The translations under genes were made by a program, and so were the position numbers. This document shows, piece after piece, positions 6,988 to 10,602 of a DNA stretch of 10,602 nt. The notes beneath the pieces were generated by a model that was given only the letters and a program-made list of their open reading frames with translations, was not told the origin of the DNA and did not search any database. How positions within the stretch are numbered: the first letter of the stretch is position 1; every line of letters starts with the position of its first letter. The DNA comes from Candidatus Thorarchaeota archaeon (lineage in GTDB: Archaea > Asgardarchaeota > Thorarchaeia > Thorarchaeales > Thorarchaeaceae), in the NCBI GenBank assembly GCA_048882045.1, contig JBHLRZ010000061.1:1-10602 (forward strand), in the 5' to 3' direction.

Positions 6988-8979
6988 TTGTCAGAAGAAA
7001 AGAAGATTACAGTTTATAGCCAGGAAGAAAGGCGCTTCGACCCCCCAAAGAGCTTCGTCGACAAGGCCTATGTAAAGAGCCAAGATGAACGAATGAAGAT
7101 TTGGACGGAGTCTGTCGAAAACCCCGATGAATTCTGGCTTAGAGCAGCCAAAGAACTTTGTTACTGGAAGAAAGAGCCAACTAAAGGATTTGAATGGGAA
7201 GACATCGATAAAATTCGCTTCACTTGGTTCAAAGATGGTGTAACCAACATGGCCTACAACTGTCTTGACAAGCATGTCGAGGCAGGAAAGGGTGACCAAA
7301 TTGCTTTGATCTGGCAGGGTGAACCTCTTGAAGAGTCAAAGACCTATACTTACAGCGAGCTCCTCAGTGAGGTCAATAAGGCAGCTAATGTCTTGAAAAA
7401 CCTCGGTATAAAGAAGGGCGACAGGATTACTATGTACCTTCCCATGATTCCTGAACTCGCAATCATCATGCTTGCGTGTGTCAGAATCGGAGCAGTACAC
7501 AGCATTGTCTTCGGAGGCTTCAGTTCCGACTCTGTCAAGGACAGAATCATTGATTGTGAAGGTAAAATTCTCGTTACAGCTGACGGTTACTACCGTGCTG
7601 GAAAGACCATTCCTCAAAAGAAGGGTGCTGACGCCGCTGTCGAAGGTCTCGATATGGTCGAGAAGGTTCTTGTTGTTAAGAGAGTAGGAATTGATGTTCC
7701 ATGGACAGAGGGCAGAGACGTTTGGTACCATGAGGAATATGAGAAGGTCAACGACAAATGCGACCCTGAGTGGGTTGGTGCTGAAGACCCACTATTCATT
7801 CTCTACACCTCTGGTTCGACTGGTAAACCAAAAGGAGTACTCCACACTACTGGAGGATACATGACCTATACAACCCACACCTTCAAGCACATCTTTGATT
7901 GGCATGAGGGTGATGTATACTGGTGTACAGCAGACATTGGTTGGATCACAGGACACTCTTACATCGTATATGGTCCTCTATCAGCTGGTGCCACTTCACT
8001 GATGTTCGAGTCTGTTCCAACATATCCAGACAACGACCGCTTTTGGCTTGAGGTTGAAAGGTGGAAAGTCAACCAGTTCTACACTGCTCCAACAGCTATC
8101 CGTGCGTTAATGCGGTTTGGTGACGATCCAGTGCTAAAGCATGACCTATCATCTCTGAATTTGCTAGGTACTGTCGGTGAACCCATCAATCCTGAGGCTT
8201 GGATTTGGTACCACGAGATGATTGGTAAGAAGAAATGTCCGATTGTTGACACTTACTGGCAGACTGAAACAGGTGGCGTGATTCTCACTCCACTACCCGG
8301 TGCCACTCCTACTATACCTGGGAGTGCAACTTTTCCGTACTTTGGTGTAGATCCAGTAATCGTAGCCGAGGATGGAGTTCCAGTGAACGCAAACGAGGGT
8401 GGTTATCTTTGCATGAAGAAACCCTGGCCTGGTCTTATGAGAACAGTCTATGGTGACCACAAGAGATTCATGGATACCTACTGGGTCCAATTCAAGAACC
8501 CTGACAACGGCGAGCCAATGTACTACACTGGTGATGGTTCCCGATTCAACGATGATGGTTACTACTTCGTGATGGGACGACTTGACGACGTTCTCAAGGT
8601 GTCCGGCCACAGACTTGGTACTGCTGAGATTGAGTCCTCTCTAGTCAAACATCCTGCAGTGGCTGAGTGCGCTGTCGTAGGGTTCCCCCACGAAATCAAA
8701 GGTGAGTCAATCTATGTCTTCGTCACTCTGAAGATGGGTATTGAGAAGACCGATGAGCTCAAGACCGAACTCAGGAACCATGTTCGTTCTGATGTAGGTC
8801 CCATCGCTACTCCTGAGAAGATTCAGTGGGCTGACGCACTGCCAAAGACCCGCTCAGGCAAGATCATGCGCCGAATTCTGAAGCGCATTGCTGCTGGTCA
8901 GATTGATGACCTTGGTGATGTCACTACCCTAGCAGACCCAACAGTCGTTGAAACCCTGGTCAGAGAGCGAATTAAGTAG
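6988..8979 (+). CDS. acs: Acetyl-CoA synthetase (AMP-forming)
   Basis: Motifs YTSGSTGKPKG (P-loop), WCTADIGWITGHSY, GTVGEPIN, DTYWQTETGG, GRLDDVLKVSGHRLGTAEIES and LPKTRSGKIMRR. AGGTGA SD at 6977-6982 favours TTG at 6988 (ORF track start GTG 6979). Confidence 0.97.
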   Translation: MSEEKKITVYSQEERRFDPPKSFVDKAYVKSQDERMKIWTESVENPDEFWLRAAKELCYWKKEPTKGFEWEDIDKIRFTWFKDGVTNMAYNCLDKHVEAGKGDQIALIWQGEPLEESKTYTYSELLSEVNKAANVLKNLGIKKGDRITMYLPMIPELAIIMLACVRIGAVHSIVFGGFSSDSVKDRIIDCEGKILVTADGYYRAGKTIPQKKGADAAVEGLDMVEKVLVVKRVGIDVPWTEGRDVWYHEEYEKVNDKCDPEWVGAEDPLFILYTSGSTGKPKGVLHTTGGYMTYTTHTFKHIFDWHEGDVYWCTADIGWITGHSYIVYGPLSAGATSLMFESVPTYPDNDRFWLEVERWKVNQFYTAPTAIRALMRFGDDPVLKHDLSSLNLLGTVGEPINPEAWIWYHEMIGKKKCPIVDTYWQTETGGVILTPLPGATPTIPGSATFPYFGVDPVIVAEDGVPVNANEGGYLCMKKPWPGLMRTVYGDHKRFMDTYWVQFKNPDNGEPMYYTGDGSRFNDDGYYFVMGRLDDVLKVSGHRLGTAEIESSLVKHPAVAECAVVGFPHEIKGESIYVFVTLKMGIEKTDELKTELRNHVRSDVGPIATPEKIQWADALPKTRSGKIMRRILKRIAAGQIDDLGDVTTLADPTVVETLVRERIK

Positions 8980-8989
8980 TTAAAGTTGA

Positions 8990-9027
8990 AGAGAGGTCAC
9001 GTTCGGCCTCTCTCTTCCTGTTTTTTT
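8990..9027 (+). terminator. Hairpin plus T7 terminator after acs
   Basis: AGAGAGGTC (8990-8998) pairs with GGCCTCTCT (9005-9013, one G-U) around a 6-nt loop. A pyrimidine run follows, with TTTTTTT at 9021-9027. Lies between convergent genes. Confidence 0.7.
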
Positions 9028-9032
9028 GCTGT

Positions 9033-9308
9033 TTACTTTTCCTTAGGAGCCAGCCAAGTGTCGCGATAGATCCATACTTCTGAGATACTGCCCTTTTTTC
9101 CAATATTTGGAGGTAACCGACCCCGAAGAGTATGTCTATACTTACTGAGATTAATTGGGCAGCTCGTGACATCTCCAAATGAAAGACTCACTCCTCCTTT
9201 GTAACGTCCTGGTTTCAGTTGATAGAAATCCGTTACATACTTAGGTACATAGAATCCAAGATGCTTCTTATCAAACTCAGATATTCTCGAAATGAAACGT
9301 ATTGGCAC
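9033..9308 (-). CDS. Small basic protein, possibly tandem AbrB/MazE/SpoVT-like (swapped-hairpin) DNA-binding fold
   Basis: GTG start with a strong SD GGAGGT (9321-9316). Two AbrB-like units: LGFYVPKYVTDFYQLKPG and LRGRLPPNIGKKGSISEVWI. Lys/Arg-rich. The fold call is pattern-based only. Confidence 0.7.
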   Translation of the reverse strand: MPIRFISRISEFDKKHLGFYVPKYVTDFYQLKPGRYKGGVSLSFGDVTSCPINLSKYRHTLRGRLPPNIGKKGSISEVWIYRDTWLAPKEK

Positions 9309-9430
9309 GTCTTCAACCTCCTAGAAAGAGTCAGAATCTAGATGCTTATTTCTGATTTCTGGTTTGTGGTCCAATCTAACCATTGTTCAAGACCCCAGTG
9401 ACTCATTTTCCTTTCTAATATCGCAAATTG

Positions 9431-9436
9431 TTTATC
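9431..9436 (+). promoter_or_regulatory. TATA-like box for the leaderless 9459..9935 gene
   Basis: TTTATC lies 28 nt upstream of the ATG, preceded by a BRE-like CGCAAA. No SD is evident. Confidence 0.5.
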
Positions 9437-9458
9437 ATCTACAGTCCCAGTTAGTCCT

Positions 9459-9935
9459 ATGAATGAGGAAACCGAATTTCGAGCGACACTTTGGAAGAGA
9501 CTACAGGAAGTCAGAGGATGTTACAAGGATCCTGAGCAGCTCAAACTACTAGTGGAGAAGTGGGAGGAGGACTTTGGTCCTGAACACCAAGACCTTGTTG
9601 ATGAGATGATAGGAAAGGCATCACGAAATTACTGGAGTGACATGTCCTTACGAGAGGGAAAGACCTTGGATGACTTAGTTCGCACCCTTTGGAAAACATG
9701 GGATGAGGGAGATTTTACAATCGAGAAGATTCCAGATGGTGTACAGGTCTATGTCACAAAATGTCCCATGTTCGATGCATTCAAATCAATTGGGAAAACT
9801 GCACTGGGAGTTCAATTCTTCTGCAATGAGGATGAGCACATAGTTGAAGGCTTCAATCCCCATATTCGGTTCACTCGTACTAAGACTCTGATGGAGGGAG
9901 ATGATTGCTGCAATCATCAATACGAGTTGAAGTAA
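9459..9935 (+). CDS. L-2-amino-thiazoline-4-carboxylic acid hydrolase family protein (V4R-like Cys motif)
   Basis: The characteristic pattern VTKCP...FFCNED...FNPHIRFTRTKTLMEGDDCC is present. The family name does not establish that activity. Confidence 0.85.
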   Translation: MNEETEFRATLWKRLQEVRGCYKDPEQLKLLVEKWEEDFGPEHQDLVDEMIGKASRNYWSDMSLREGKTLDDLVRTLWKTWDEGDFTIEKIPDGVQVYVTKCPMFDAFKSIGKTALGVQFFCNEDEHIVEGFNPHIRFTRTKTLMEGDDCCNHQYELK

Positions 9936-10022
9936 TTCATTCGTATTCACTCGATTCCACAGACCTGAAGATTAAATACTTGATTTAACAATAGTGAATT
10001 ACATAATAGAGAGGAAAGAAAG

Positions 10023-10602
10023 ATGGAAGACCTACCTCAATTCACTGGATTTCCGAAGGAAACCCTCAGCTTCTATGCAGAACTGAAGGAGAACAACTTC
10101 AAAAAATGGTTCAATGAGAGAAAGGACTACTATGAGGAGTACGTCCTGAAACCAGCTCAGTCTTTCGTTGTAGCGTTTGGCGAGAGGCTAAAGACAATCT
10201 CTGATGGCTTTACTTACGACACTCGCACAAACGGAAGAGGATCCATATTGAAGATCTACCGAGATATTCGTTTCAGCAAGGACAAAACTCCCTACAATAC
10301 AAGACTTAGGTTCAGATTCGGAGAAGGTACTCCCGAAAAGGGAGAATACCCTGGTTTCTTCTTTGGTCTGGATGAAACAGGGGGTCACCTTCTTGGTGGA
10401 ATCTACAAGTTTGCCAAACACACTCTTGATAGATATAGAAACGCAGTAGACAATGAGAACTCAGGAAAGATGTTGGCTAAGATTGTTGAGGACATTAGAG
10501 GTCAGAAAGGATTCGAGGTAAAAGGAGCAAATTACAAACGGGTTCCAAGGGGATTCGATGTGGACCACCCCCGGGCTGATCTTCTCCTGCATGATAGTCT
10601 AT
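10023..10602 (+). CDS. DUF2461 (TIGR02453-type) family protein, 3'-truncated by the window end
   Basis: Manually translated open frame from ATG 10023 to the window end: MEDLPQFTGFPKETLSFYAELKENNFKKWFNERKDYYE...SILKIYRDIRFSKDKTPY...YKRVPRGFDVDHPRADLL. The NN.+.WF and IYRD.RFSKDK.PY motifs are typical of this family. GAGG SD upstream. Absent from the ORF track because it has no stop codon. Confidence 0.9.
   Translation, partial: MEDLPQFTGFPKETLSFYAELKENNFKKWFNERKDYYEEYVLKPAQSFVVAFGERLKTISDGFTYDTRTNGRGSILKIYRDIRFSKDKTPYNTRLRFRFGEGTPEKGEYPGFFFGLDETGGHLLGGIYKFAKHTLDRYRNAVDNENSGKMLAKIVEDIRGQKGFEVKGANYKRVPRGFDVDHPRADLLLHDSL

Noticed and set aside
4866-8610. Short ORFs overlapping the CoA-transferase, MFS and acs genes (4866..5081, 5598..5825, 6102..6611, 6991..7299, 7336..7731, 7350..7550, 7472..7687, 7614..7799, 8293..8610)
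   Set aside because: Antisense or out-of-frame shadows of conserved genes, with no motifs of their own.
8972-9178. Minus-strand 68-aa ORF
   Set aside because: Overlaps 9033..9308, which has a strong SD, and runs through the acs terminator.
9935-9960. Short tandem ATTCA(T/C)TCG repeats after the ATC-hydrolase-family gene
   Set aside because: Only about 2.5 degenerate 9-10 bp units, too short for CRISPR or iterons and plausible by chance.
10188-10421. Minus-strand 77-aa ORF
   Set aside because: Antisense shadow of the DUF2461 gene.

Overview
Gene-dense window that looks archaeal. TATA-box-like elements lie about 28 nt before leaderless starts, and GAGGTG/AGGTGA Shine-Dalgarno motifs precede several genes. 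An Asgard/Thorarchaeota-type origin is my impression only and is not demonstrated. The core is a short-chain carboxylate/acyl-CoA locus: an amidohydrolase and a family-I CoA-transferase fused to a Pat-like GNAT acetyltransferase (minus strand), divergent from an OFA/MCT-type MFS transporter and an AMP-forming acetyl-CoA synthetase (plus strand). Flanking genes encode a Pol-beta-superfamily nucleotidyltransferase, three small hypothetical proteins (one a 2-TM, VirB2/pilin-like candidate), an AbrB-like small protein, an ATC-hydrolase/V4R-like protein and a 3'-truncated DUF2461 protein that the ORF track misses. The most striking unexplained signal is an intergenic GC island at 1084-1150 (about 73% GC). 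It folds into a three-way junction, has a TATA-like box about 28 nt upstream and a U-tract downstream, and is a candidate small structured ncRNA that I cannot match to a known family. The second is the CoA-transferase-GNAT fusion next to an Acs that keeps the canonical acetylation-target lysine.
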